Origin: a virus
Lineage: Duplodnaviria > Caudoviricetes
Strand: one strand, 5' to 3'
IMG/VR virus record: IMGVR_UViG_2931369376_000001
Location: 1 to 64,000 of that record
DNA: 64,000 bases
Shown here one piece after another: positions 1 to 8,547 of this stretch. How positions within the stretch are numbered: the stretch's first letter is position 1; each line of letters opens with the position of its first letter. The position numbers were made by a program, and so were the translations under genes. The notes beneath the pieces are model-generated. The model saw only the letters and a program-made list of their open reading frames with translations. It was not told where the DNA came from and did no database searches.

Positions 1-14
1 ATGGCGCTATTTTG

Positions 15-25
15 GTCCGGGGATA
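15..25 (+). promoter_or_regulatory. 11-bp operator copy (GTCCGGGGATA)
   Basis: Exact reverse complement of the dispersed motif TATCCCCGGAC. Confidence 0.6.
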
Positions 26-86
26 CTTTAAAGCCGAGGTATTTCAACAAAAAGCCCCAAAATCGGGGCGATTGGATCAAGAAGCG

Positions 87-311
87 TCACAAGGCAACGA
101 GGTGCTGACCAGGCTGTCCATCAGGGACTGGACAGCCCAGCTCGGGGCGAACAGGCCAATCACCGCGAGCAGACATTTCACAATAGAACTCAGCACTGGC
201 TACCGCTTGCTGGTAATCCGATTCGCCGACCCAGCCAATGGCCCCAACCAGACAGCCAATCAGCAAACCCTTCCAGAACGGCTTGGGCACACACTCGATA
301 ATCTTGCGCAT
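87..311 (-). CDS. small phage protein with N-terminal hydrophobic helix
   Basis: 74-aa ORF with segment FWKGLLIGCLVGAIGWV; AT-rich promoter-like region upstream. Confidence 0.55.
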   Translation of the reverse strand: MRKIIECVPKPFWKGLLIGCLVGAIGWVGESDYQQAVASAEFYCEMSARGDWPVRPELGCPVPDGQPGQHLVAL

Positions 312-421
312 AACTTTTTCCCTTTCGTTTAGGCCGTAACCTTCGGCAAGAAAACGTTATAATTTTATTGTTTTATTCGCAAGCAAAACATTAGCGTTTT
401 ATTGGTTATTTGAGGGTTATC

Positions 422-865
422 ATGAAAATCATGGCTTCGATCAGTGGATACGCCGGCGAGAGCACCACGTTGGTGGGTCTACTCGACCCGGCTACCGGCG
501 TGCTTGCGATCGCGAAGTCGGTGCGCTTCCGGGAGGTTGGCGACGATGGATTTGCCTTTGTGACCAACACCAAGACGGAAGCCTATGACTGCCTATTCAG
601 CGAAGAACATTGGGAACAGGCCATTCGCGACTATCAGACGGCACAAGGCAACCAAACGATGGTGATGAGCGATGCGGCGAGCCGATTCACGCCAAGGCTG
701 GAAACCGATGGCGTAGACGAGAAGGGGCAAAAGTACCGATTCCACTCGGATTTGCAGAACGCGGAGATTGCCGTTTTGGCGATGGTGCACTTTCAGCAGC
801 GCCAGCTGGCGATTAACACCGCCGGCGCCGCCATGGATGAATGGTTTGATCTTGTGAGGATATGA
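422..865 (+). CDS. hypothetical phage protein
   Basis: ORF with GAGGG RBS before the ATG at 422; convergent with rep. Confidence 0.6.
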   Translation: MKIMASISGYAGESTTLVGLLDPATGVLAIAKSVRFREVGDDGFAFVTNTKTEAYDCLFSEEHWEQAIRDYQTAQGNQTMVMSDAASRFTPRLETDGVDEKGQKYRFHSDLQNAEIAVLAMVHFQQRQLAINTAGAAMDEWFDLVRI

Positions 866-871
866 AGCTGA

Positions 872-1432
872 TTACGACTCGTCGGGCTTGTGCCCAAGTG
901 GCAGCGAAGGCAGGTCCGGCTCAAACCCTTCCAGTAGACCCTGAGCGGGAGGCTCCATTCCCGGCCCAGCAGGAAGTTGCATATCACCCGGGCCAAGCGA
1001 CGGAGCTTGTCGCAGCGGTGCACTTCCAAGGTCTTGCTGATCCTCAGACGACACAATCACGCGAGCGCTGAACGATGCCAGCTTAAGATTTTCACGGCTC
1101 GATGCCCAGGCCACGCGACTGTTGACGATGTAGGCGAGACATCCGCCCCGGTCACCGCCAATACGGATTGCCTGAACCCAATTGTTATCGGTCAACACTT
1201 TCAAGGCGCGCTTAGTCGTGGCCACTGAAACGTTGTTGAGTTTGGCCAGCGTTGCATGACTGGCGACAAGCCCACCGGTTTCGTCCATATTCGCCACCAG
1301 ACGATGCAGCAGCTGGGCCGCTCGTGGGGCTTCGTCGATCAGTTGCGCCCATGCCTCGTGAGCAGCGCGTTCGGTTTGTACCCAAGTGCCGCGTGGTGCA
1401 GGCTGGTTGAGTTTGCGTATTTCTTCGGCCAT
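872..1432 (-). CDS. rep: pBBR1-type plasmid replication initiator (winged helix)
   Basis: WVQTERAAHEAWAQLI, AYIVNSRVAW and QLPAGPGMEPPAQ..EPDLPSL match pBBR1 Rep as recalled; iteron array directly upstream. Confidence 0.85.
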   Translation of the reverse strand: MAEEIRKLNQPAPRGTWVQTERAAHEAWAQLIDEAPRAAQLLHRLVANMDETGGLVASHATLAKLNNVSVATTKRALKVLTDNNWVQAIRIGGDRGGCLAYIVNSRVAWASSRENLKLASFSARVIVSSEDQQDLGSAPLRQAPSLGPGDMQLPAGPGMEPPAQGLLEGFEPDLPSLPLGHKPDES

Positions 1433-1512
1433 TCCGTGTAACCTCGACTACTTGGTAGTTACCTTACAAAAATGTCCGCTACGCATCAACCTTGTTCGTT
1501 ATCTCTCATGGA

Positions 1513-1740
1513 TGATCTAAGGGTAGTTCATGTGGAGGGGGTTTTAGGGGGTGGCTCATCGGGTGAGCTGGGTTAGCTCATTCGTGTTCGATATCTCTCA
1601 ATCTTGCACGATATCGAAACATAAATGATCTAGGGGTAGCTCACCAGCTATGACCTACCCCTAGCTCATGAACTGTGAGCTACCCTAGGTCATCAGTTAT
1701 GAGCTAGGGATGGGTCATTAAGGTGAGCTACCCCCACCTC
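1513..1740. repeat. candidate plasmid origin: palindromic iteron array
   Basis: TGA(g/c/t)CT-N-AG(c/g/t)TCA-type 17-18 bp units at 1513, 1564, 1626, 1651, 1676, 1700 and a half unit at 1724; the last five are spaced 24-25 bp. Confidence 0.8.
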
Positions 1741-1849
1741 TGGAGCCCTTGAAATACGGGGGGGTTTATTTCCTCCCTTCTCATGATCTACGGACTCCCT
1801 TTCTGCCGTTGAGCATGATTAAGTCGCCTGCGGCAGCGGCCAGTTGTGG

Positions 1850-1978
1850 CTACCGGGCAGACTTCGCTAGCCCGGCATCCACAACTGGCTTCGACTTTTG
1901 TTCGGTGGGGCGGCAACGATAGCACTTACAACCGCTAACGCGCTGGCCACTGGTACGACAGTAGATCGGGGCCTTCAT
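1850..1978 (-). CDS. 42-aa Cys-rich peptide
   Basis: MKAPIYCRTSGQRVSGCKCYRC; ATGA overlap with the ASCH gene stop. Confidence 0.45.
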   Translation of the reverse strand: MKAPIYCRTSGQRVSGCKCYRCRPTEQKSKPVVDAGLAKSAR

Positions 1979-2370
1979 ACCGTCGTCTCCTGGAGCGGCG
2001 CCAGCATGGTGCTGGGGACATTGAAAAAGCCCAGCCGCCCGGTAGCGCGAATGAATGGAACAGGCCTCGGGTCGCTCAACACGAGTGCTTTCTGCCCCAT
2101 GTACCACGGCGAGTCGCTGTTGTCTTGACTGTCGATCAGCTCCACGGACCCCACAATGCCCCCACGCAACAGCTGATCAGCCGGCGGCACTGTAACGCCA
2201 AGGCTCTTTGCAAACTCCGCAGCTTCAACATATTCAGCCTTGGTCATGCCTCCTGACGCGTGCACCAGGAAGCGCCCGCGAAATTTTGTGTGCCACGATC
2301 GATTCTCGACGTCCTTGCCGCCATGGATGATCAGCCAGGCCCATGGTTGGCGAATGCTCAGTGCTTTCAT
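1975..2370 (-). CDS. ASCH domain protein
   Basis: MKALSIRQPWAWLIIHGGKDVENRSW is the ASCH signature; start reassigned to 2370. Confidence 0.85.
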   Translation of the reverse strand: MKALSIRQPWAWLIIHGGKDVENRSWHTKFRGRFLVHASGGMTKAEYVEAAEFAKSLGVTVPPADQLLRGGIVGSVELIDSQDNSDSPWYMGQKALVLSDPRPVPFIRATGRLGFFNVPSTMLAPLQETTV

Positions 2371-2633
2371 GTGCTGCTCCCTACAGGTGGTTTCGTCAAT
2401 TCCTTCACCAGCTCCACATTCCTGGGATGCGTGAAGATGACTCCTTGAAACATAAATATCACCGGCGATTGAATCACCGTGAATCGTTGGTACCGACGCC
2501 ACATAACCCGGTGCGCCCACTTACGTTCTTTTCGATGCGCTTCCTGCCATTGGGGTAGGAACGGGTCAGCGCGAACGGGGGTTCCAATGAACGTTCGAAA
2601 CGCTTTCGGGCTGAGCCCTGACATATCGCTCAT
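2367..2633 (-). CDS. hypothetical protein
   Basis: 88-aa ORF translationally coupled on both sides. Confidence 0.6.
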   Translation of the reverse strand: MSDMSGLSPKAFRTFIGTPVRADPFLPQWQEAHRKERKWAHRVMWRRYQRFTVIQSPVIFMFQGVIFTHPRNVELVKELTKPPVGSST

Positions 2634-4378
2634 ACCAACTCCAATTGCTTTCGAAGTGGCGTTGCTGGCTCAGCCACCGGCAGCACCACGTTGTTGTCCC
2701 TGAGGTATTTTTCCGCCAGCGATCTCAAGTGGTTCTCGCCCACGTCCAGGCGTTGCAGAAGATCGTCCTGCGGGTTGCGCACGCCCTCGATTTGCTCGCG
2801 CTTGACCCCCAGCACGTCAGAAACGATCGGGTCGCTGCCTTCGTCGGAAAGCAGGTAGTACGCCATTACGGGATCAACCTGGCCGTCACGGTGTATGCGC
2901 CCCATGCATTGCTCATGGACTCCCGGCGACCAATCCAACTCACCGAATACCACCGTGCTGCATGCGTGCTGCAATCCATCGACACCCGCGCCAGCACGCA
3001 AGCTGATCAACATCACTCGGCTTTGACCATTTACAAAGGCTTCTTTGGCCGCCTGCTTCTGCGTGGGAGACTCGCTGCCCGTGTACATAACCGGATTGAA
3101 TTCGGCCAGTTTCTCTTTCCAGATTTCGTACACGTCGCGGTGCCATCCGAACAGCAACACGCGTTGCTCCGTCTCCAGCAGCAACTTCACGAACTCAGCC
3201 ACGTACGGTGCTTTGGCCACACCGGTCGCATGGCGCACCAGGACGTCCAGATCGCCCGCGGCTTTCATCTTCTGGCCACGGTGCTGCTCATTGGCGGCCA
3301 TGATGGTTTTTGCAAGCGCCACAGCGTCCCCGGTGATGCTTTCCATCACCGCGGCATCAAACTCAATCTCGTGCGCGATCTTCGACAGCGCTGGCAGCTC
3401 CCGACCTACCTCACGGCGAGTGCGGCGCAGCATCAGCCCTTCGCGGCGCAGGTATTCACCGAACGCTACGGAATCCTTGAGCCGTGGCTTGCCGTCGTCG
3501 CTGCGCTCGCACCATTCGCGCAGAAACTCGTCCCAACCGCCCAACGCATCGGGTGTCAGCACGTTCACGACAAAGAAGAATTCGCCCCCGTAGTTGTAGA
3601 TCGGCGTAGCCGTGAGCCCCATTCGCAGCTTGACCTTCTCAGCCAGGTACTTACACGCTGTGTAAATATCGCTGCCGGGGTTGCGCAACTGCTGACACTC
3701 TTCAAACACGGCATATTGCGCGATTTCGCCCAGGACTTCCGCCCACCCACGCAGCTTGTGGTAACTCACCAGAATGACGTCCGGCAATGTGTCCCACAGG
3801 TCTTTGCGGCGCTGGCCAGGCTTCTTGATCAGGTCGTAAGGCCTGCCGCTGTTGACGTGATGCACACGCAGGTTTGGCAGGAACTCGGCCATTTTCTCTG
3901 GCCAGTGGTTTGGCAGTGACGCCGGGTACACTACGACGGCGGGCAAGTTGCCCTCAGCTGCCATCAGACACATGGCGGTTACGGTCTTTCCCAACCCAAG
4001 GTCATCGGCGACCAGGAGCCCGCCGCGGATACCTGTCTGAACCGCGGCGAAGCGTTGGTAATCGCGCGCAGGTTTGGCCAGTTCGAACGGAGGCATATCC
4101 ATACGTCCGGCCAGCAGCTCGGCCAGGCTCGATTCCATCTGTACATGCTCTGACGCCAGCGCATCCAGCGTGCAGGCTGTCTCAGGCTCCATGGTCATCG
4201 GGTACCGTTGCAGAAACCACAACAGCTCACGGCTGTTTTCAGCGCTGGCCAGCAATTTGATGACTTCGGAGGCCTCTTGCGGCGCACGCGGAAACACCCG
4301 CTTGAGGCGAGCCCGAACCTGGGGCTCGCATTTGATGAACCAATAGCGCCCGACGAACTCAATTTGCCCATAGCTCAT
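2630..4378 (-). CDS. SNF2-family (SF2) helicase/ATPase
   Basis: ADDLGLGKT (motif I), VFEECQQLRN (II), GLTATP (III), SLRAGAGVDGLQ (V), QCMGRIHRDGQ (VI); start at MSYGQ, coupled to the upstream gene. Confidence 0.9.
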   Translation of the reverse strand: MSYGQIEFVGRYWFIKCEPQVRARLKRVFPRAPQEASEVIKLLASAENSRELLWFLQRYPMTMEPETACTLDALASEHVQMESSLAELLAGRMDMPPFELAKPARDYQRFAAVQTGIRGGLLVADDLGLGKTVTAMCLMAAEGNLPAVVVYPASLPNHWPEKMAEFLPNLRVHHVNSGRPYDLIKKPGQRRKDLWDTLPDVILVSYHKLRGWAEVLGEIAQYAVFEECQQLRNPGSDIYTACKYLAEKVKLRMGLTATPIYNYGGEFFFVVNVLTPDALGGWDEFLREWCERSDDGKPRLKDSVAFGEYLRREGLMLRRTRREVGRELPALSKIAHEIEFDAAVMESITGDAVALAKTIMAANEQHRGQKMKAAGDLDVLVRHATGVAKAPYVAEFVKLLLETEQRVLLFGWHRDVYEIWKEKLAEFNPVMYTGSESPTQKQAAKEAFVNGQSRVMLISLRAGAGVDGLQHACSTVVFGELDWSPGVHEQCMGRIHRDGQVDPVMAYYLLSDEGSDPIVSDVLGVKREQIEGVRNPQDDLLQRLDVGENHLRSLAEKYLRDNNVVLPVAEPATPLRKQLELV

Positions 4379-4752
4379 AGGGATTGCCTCGCCAGCCTGA
4401 CCATCTGAAATGGCTTGTCCAGCCAAACCGGTTTTGTGGTCAGCTCCTGGCCCGCCCACCGCGGCGTACCGGCAAGAACTACCCCAGTGACGCCAGGCAG
4501 GTTGATGTAGCGCCCGACTTGATGGAGAGCATCGGACAGGCTTCCGCCTACCTTGACTTCGATCACCACACCATCCAGCCAAAAGTCCGCACGATTCCGT
4601 GCATCCAGCACGCGCTCACGCTCAAACTCGAAGCCATACAGGGTCAGCACTTCGGCAATGCGCTGGTGCAGCTGGATCTCGTCGCCGTAGCGATAGGCGT
4701 AGCGGCTAAGGTGAGTAACCAGGGCGTTGAGGACAATCCGGGGCTCAGACAT
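4375..4752 (-). CDS. PD-(D/E)xK nuclease-fold protein
   Basis: E...RADFWLDGVVIEVK followed by QVGRY. Confidence 0.7.
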   Translation of the reverse strand: MSEPRIVLNALVTHLSRYAYRYGDEIQLHQRIAEVLTLYGFEFERERVLDARNRADFWLDGVVIEVKVGGSLSDALHQVGRYINLPGVTGVVLAGTPRWAGQELTTKPVWLDKPFQMVRLARQSL

Positions 4753-5089
4753 GGCAGGCCTCGATCGTCAGAGGGGTGGTGTTCCACAGGGTGACGATTC
4801 GCCCAAGGGACTGGCATTCATCCCTTGGGATTGGCACTTCTCGGTTACAGAGCTTGCATACCATTCGGCGCTGGAAAGCTCCCCGCACCAGCTTGACGTC
4901 GTACTCAGTGGTGTCATACGACGGGTCCTGGCCGCACCCGCGGCAAGCGTGCAACAACGAGAACAACAACTGACGCCTGGCGTCTACGCCCAAGAGTTTT
5001 GCCGCCTGATCGACGTCGACCTCAAACGCGGAGTCATCCCCGTAGAAGGCACGGCTCAAAACACGCTTACCCTGCATATTCACCTCCAA
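4745..5089 (-). CDS. Lar-like (restriction alleviation) zinc-ribbon protein
   Basis: CRGCG...VCKLCN...TLWN pattern typical of the Lar family. Confidence 0.5.
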   Translation of the reverse strand: MEVNMQGKRVLSRAFYGDDSAFEVDVDQAAKLLGVDARRQLLFSLLHACRGCGQDPSYDTTEYDVKLVRGAFQRRMVCKLCNREVPIPRDECQSLGRIVTLWNTTPLTIEACHV

Positions 5090-5125
5090 ACCCCACCTAA
5101 AACGCAGAATCCGGCATTCAAAAAC

Positions 5126-5136
5126 TATCCCCGGAC
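5126..5136 (-). promoter_or_regulatory. 11-bp operator copy
   Basis: TATCCCCGGAC in an AT-rich promoter region upstream of the Lar/nuclease/SNF2 operon. Confidence 0.7.
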
Positions 5137-5237
5137 ATATATAAAGAATATTACCATTTATTTGCTATTGTTTTATCAATAATTGGTGGCCAGTAACACA
5201 AACGGCGCCGAGAGGCGCCGTATCGATTGCGGAGCGA

Positions 5238-5576
5238 TCACGCCCGGGCTAAAAGTTCGTTCACCACCAGGCCGGAATCGACGAAATACCAGTCGCTATC
5301 GGTCAGATTGTTGATGAGGAACTGCGCGACCTCTGCTTTGGTGTGACGCTTGATGAAGCGCTGCATTTTGAGGGACGGGCCCCTCCACTCCGGCTCAAAG
5401 CCCAATAGCTTCGCGGCGGCCAGGTTGTGGTGTCCGTCCAGTAAAACGCGGTACAGGGTGCCGCCCAGCTCAATGGTCAGGGTGCTGACAATGAACGTTT
5501 TGAACGTCTCGGCCTTGCGCTGCACCTTCTTCGGGTTCAGGTAGCGCTGGGAGCTGATCAGGGGTGGCAGGTTCAT
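5238..5576 (-). CDS. small ParB-N/sulfiredoxin-like domain protein
   Basis: LYRVLLDGHHNLAAAKLLG; no HTH or dimerisation domain. Confidence 0.6.
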   Translation of the reverse strand: MNLPPLISSQRYLNPKKVQRKAETFKTFIVSTLTIELGGTLYRVLLDGHHNLAAAKLLGFEPEWRGPSLKMQRFIKRHTKAEVAQFLINNLTDSDWYFVDSGLVVNELLARA

Positions 5577-5767
5577 GGGTTCACCTTTTCTTCTGGATCA
5601 AGTTTGAACTCCCGGCACATGGCGTAAGCGGCCATTGAGCCAAGGCCAAAGGCATCGCGCACCAACGCCCACCGCACGCGCACCGGCTGATCCTTGGACG
5701 GACGCATATTGCGCACGGCCATTTCCAACAGCGATCGCTCGTCGAATTGCTGGCCGGCCAGGATCAT
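5573..5767 (-). CDS. hypothetical phage protein
   Basis: 64-aa ORF with coupled overlaps; RWALVRDAFGLGS. Confidence 0.6.
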   Translation of the reverse strand: MILAGQQFDERSLLEMAVRNMRPSKDQPVRVRWALVRDAFGLGSMAAYAMCREFKLDPEEKVNP

Positions 5768-6411
5768 TGTGCACCTCCTGCGCCGGCTGAGCGCACCAGG
5801 ACAGACTTGTGGGAACTCGTCCCAGCCAATGCCATGGTGGTGATGAAATAATGGTTCTGCCGGCGGTTGTAGACGACTTCCTCACGGTCGGTACCGGCGA
5901 AGAGCACCTGCTGAGCCTTCACACATAACGGCCTGCCGCCAACGGTGAAGCTGAGGTAATCACCCGGCTGGATTTGTCCTTGCTTGGCCAGTGGACGCCA
6001 GCCACTGCCGCTAACCTGGACTGCCTGCGCCAGCCTTGGGTGCAGCTTGAGTACGTCGGCGCCGGTATCCAACACCTCGTTGGCTGGATGAAGCAACGCA
6101 CGCACGCCTATAACAACCCTGCCGAAACTACCGCCGTCATCGATCTCAAGCAGCTTGCGCAGCACCCGCTGGCAGGCGTGCGCATCACCAATGTCGAAGA
6201 GTTCCAGCGGAATATCTTCAGCCTTGGGCTGACTGGTCAAGCTGTCCGGTAGGAACCCGCTGCGAACGGCCTCGAGGAAAGACATCATCTGCATGACGCA
6301 TTGCACGTCTTCAGTGCCAGCCCTAGCCACCCGCATTCCATAAAGCAGCGGCTCAAGCCGAGACGACGCCTGTGCGGTGTCATGTTCCATTTGACGATTG
6401 CGATCCGACAT
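5764..6411 (-). CDS. hypothetical phage protein
   Basis: Long ORF; start reassigned to MSDRNR, just downstream of an operator. Confidence 0.65.
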   Translation of the reverse strand: MSDRNRQMEHDTAQASSRLEPLLYGMRVARAGTEDVQCVMQMMSFLEAVRSGFLPDSLTSQPKAEDIPLELFDIGDAHACQRVLRKLLEIDDGGSFGRVVIGVRALLHPANEVLDTGADVLKLHPRLAQAVQVSGSGWRPLAKQGQIQPGDYLSFTVGGRPLCVKAQQVLFAGTDREEVVYNRRQNHYFITTMALAGTSSHKSVLVRSAGAGGAQ

Positions 6412-6416
6412 AAAAT

Positions 6417-6427
6417 TATCCCCGTAC
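6417..6427 (-). promoter_or_regulatory. 11-bp operator copy (1 mismatch)
   Basis: TATCCCCGTAC 6 nt upstream of the ATG at 6411. Confidence 0.55.
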
Positions 6428-6504
6428 AAGATAATAACCATTAAACAATAGTTTTATAATGTTTTCGAGGTATTTTTAAGGTCGTCTCGCGCCTCGACCA
6501 CCAG

Positions 6505-7695
6505 CTACTCGGCGAACGGCTCACCGTAGGCATCCATGCCATTGTCATTCAAGTGCTGACGGCCTTTCTCGGTCAAGAAGTAGATGCCTTCAGCAACATC
6601 GACCATGGCCAGCGCCAGCAGAGTCGCCAGCGCATCCTGGTCGCTGATTTCATCCTCAGAGGCAGCACTGACCTTCGCAATGGTGACCAACTGCTCCAGG
6701 GCTTTGTCATCCATTGGGCGCTCTTTGGCGCTGTCCAGCATGGCGAGAGCAGCCCGGAACGATTGAGCCATGCGCATTTCATGCAATGCCTGGTCGATCT
6801 TGCCTTCTGCCAGGTTGATAGGACCGTTGGTTTCGACAACCTCAAGCCCGATTTGCAGGTGGGCCACAGCGCCAGCGGTGGCGGAAGCGTCGAGCATGGT
6901 GCCGGTAGCGGCGATGATTTCCCGGGCAGCGACATAGGAGCTTGCCAGCGTCATCGCCGCCAACGGTTCGTCAGGCTCAACGCTGTCGAGTAGTGCCGCA
7001 CATGCCCGGCCCTTCGCATTGAGGACGTTATCCCCTTTGTCGGTGTAGCGATCAATAAGTCCCAGGTCAATCAGTGCGTCACGCCCGGCCTTACTGACCA
7101 CATCGCCATCTTCCAGCGCCTGGCCTTCAGCTTTCACCAACTGCTCCAGCACTTCGCGTCCGGCGTCGTCCAGTTCACTCAATTCTGGCAGAGCAGAATC
7201 CGTCATAGCGCCGCCAAGCTTGGATACCAGCTCAGCGATGGTGGTCTTACGCTCGCTGATTTGACTGTCCAGCTCCGCAACTTGCTGCGTGAGTGCGTCG
7301 ACCTGCTTAGGTTTTGGTGTCGTCATGCCTCGTGGCAGCGCCACAGCTTTGCGCGCCTGGGCTTTTTGGAACGCGGCCTGGTTCTTTTCAGCCATGGCGG
7401 CAATTTCGCCAACAGCCTTTTCGATATCCGTATGCTCTTTGAGTGGTTTAACCGAACCATTGAGCAGCACCTGGTAGATATCGCCGGTGCCGTTCACGCG
7501 TAAAGTGATGACCTGACCGCTCGCCAGCGTCAGGAATGCTTCGCGGTAGGTTGTATCGGAACTGCGACGAGGCTTCTGGTTGAATTCAGACGATGAAACG
7601 GTCTGACCCGCACGCCCCATCTGCTGGCTGATCAGTTTGATTGCTTTGTCAGCACCGGCAGGCGAAGAGAAGTCCAGGGAATTGGTTTTGGGCAT
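6505..7695 (-). CDS. hdf: P1 Hdf/DarA-N-like virion protein with C-terminal extension
   Basis: LASGQVITLRVNGTGDIYQVLLNG...AEKNQAAFQKAQ matches Hdf/DarA-N as recalled; late promoter upstream. Confidence 0.7.
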   Translation of the reverse strand: MPKTNSLDFSSPAGADKAIKLISQQMGRAGQTVSSSEFNQKPRRSSDTTYREAFLTLASGQVITLRVNGTGDIYQVLLNGSVKPLKEHTDIEKAVGEIAAMAEKNQAAFQKAQARKAVALPRGMTTPKPKQVDALTQQVAELDSQISERKTTIAELVSKLGGAMTDSALPELSELDDAGREVLEQLVKAEGQALEDGDVVSKAGRDALIDLGLIDRYTDKGDNVLNAKGRACAALLDSVEPDEPLAAMTLASSYVAAREIIAATGTMLDASATAGAVAHLQIGLEVVETNGPINLAEGKIDQALHEMRMAQSFRAALAMLDSAKERPMDDKALEQLVTIAKVSAASEDEISDQDALATLLALAMVDVAEGIYFLTEKGRQHLNDNGMDAYGEPFAE

Positions 7696-7730
7696 GGCGA
7701 ACGGCCTCAGCGAGTGTGGAAAGACACGCC

Positions 7731-7771
7731 ATTTTGAGGCGGAAAAGCCCGGGCGAAATGTGGCGCTTTGC
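7731..7771 (-). promoter_or_regulatory. late promoter (hdf)
   Basis: GCAAAG-N29-CAAAAT. Confidence 0.6.
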
Positions 7772-8019
7772 GCCGCAACCCCTCCCGCTTGCCTGTTTTT
7801 CCGCTGCGCTCCAAAACAGGCAAGCCCTCCCGCCACCGGTAAAGGTTTTGAGATGGATCGCCTTGCTACTCACTTTCGGAAGAATCGGCTGGATTCCTGC
7901 CCCCATTGCCCGCTGAGTAGACACTTCATAGGCCTGCTGCATTACCGAACCTTATCCTGCTGGACGGTTCCCGCGGCGTTTTTAACGTGGTGCCGGTCTA
8001 TTCCCCTTGCCCACATGGC

Positions 8020-8400
8020 AATGCCCCCAGGTTGCGAACCTGGGAAGGCGTGAAGCGCGTCGCACGGTCGGCCCTGTGCAATGTTTCCCCATTGGGCCGT
8101 ACAGTCGCAAAAGTGGGTAACAATCGCTTGATATCCAACCCCACAAATCGCATACGCTTACGTCCATTTCGGGCGCACGAAAACCACTCGGGCGCGCGAA
8201 AAAGCGCGACTGCTCGATGAGTGAGGGGGCTGAACTGTAGACAAGGGCGCTTGTTCGCGCCAGAATTGGCCTACAGAGTCGAGCTTCCCCGCCGCCACAG
8301 CAGAGATTCCCCTCGACTCCAGGCTATAGGGAGTTTGCACCTCCGCATTAGCCCTTCAAGACCCGCTCATAGCGGGTCTTGTCGTATCTGGCGCGCAGAA
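8020..8400 (-). ncRNA. candidate structured non-coding RNA
   Basis: No credible ORF; nested stems 8256-8264/8387-8395, 8276-8283/8312-8319, 8357-8367/8371-8381, 8026-8033/8037-8044, 8069-8074/8094-8099; stem extensions work as G-U pairs on the minus strand. Confidence 0.45.
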
Positions 8401-8474
8401 TAACCCCGAGAATTATCAATGCGCCATAGTGGCCATTTGTACAGCCTGTACAAACAGCCATGTCTATCCGTATT

Positions 8475-8485
8475 TATCCCCGGAC
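8475..8485 (-). promoter_or_regulatory. 11-bp operator copy
   Basis: TATCCCCGGAC upstream of the ncRNA candidate; palindrome TTTGTACA-GCC-TGTACAAA nearby. Confidence 0.7.
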
Positions 8486-8547
8486 AATCGGGGGGCCTGA
8501 AGCCCCCTAACTGCGCGCTTTCCCGACGAACGGTAGTACGATCCTTG

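Noticed and set aside
1513-1740. CRISPR array
   Set aside because: Units are degenerate 17-18-mers with 6-8 nt gaps, there are no spacers or cas genes, and the array is adjacent to rep.
2645-3919. Long plus-strand ORFs (also 26968..28065, 29440..30819, 14938..16023, 18093..19043)
   Set aside because: Antisense shadows of well-supported minus-strand genes in GC-rich DNA; no motifs.
5238-5576. True ParB partition protein
   Set aside because: Only a 112-aa ParB-N-like fold; no HTH and no neighbouring parA.
8069-8099. Group II intron domain V or retron msr-msd
   Set aside because: No AGC/CGC triad stem, and no reverse transcriptase in the window.
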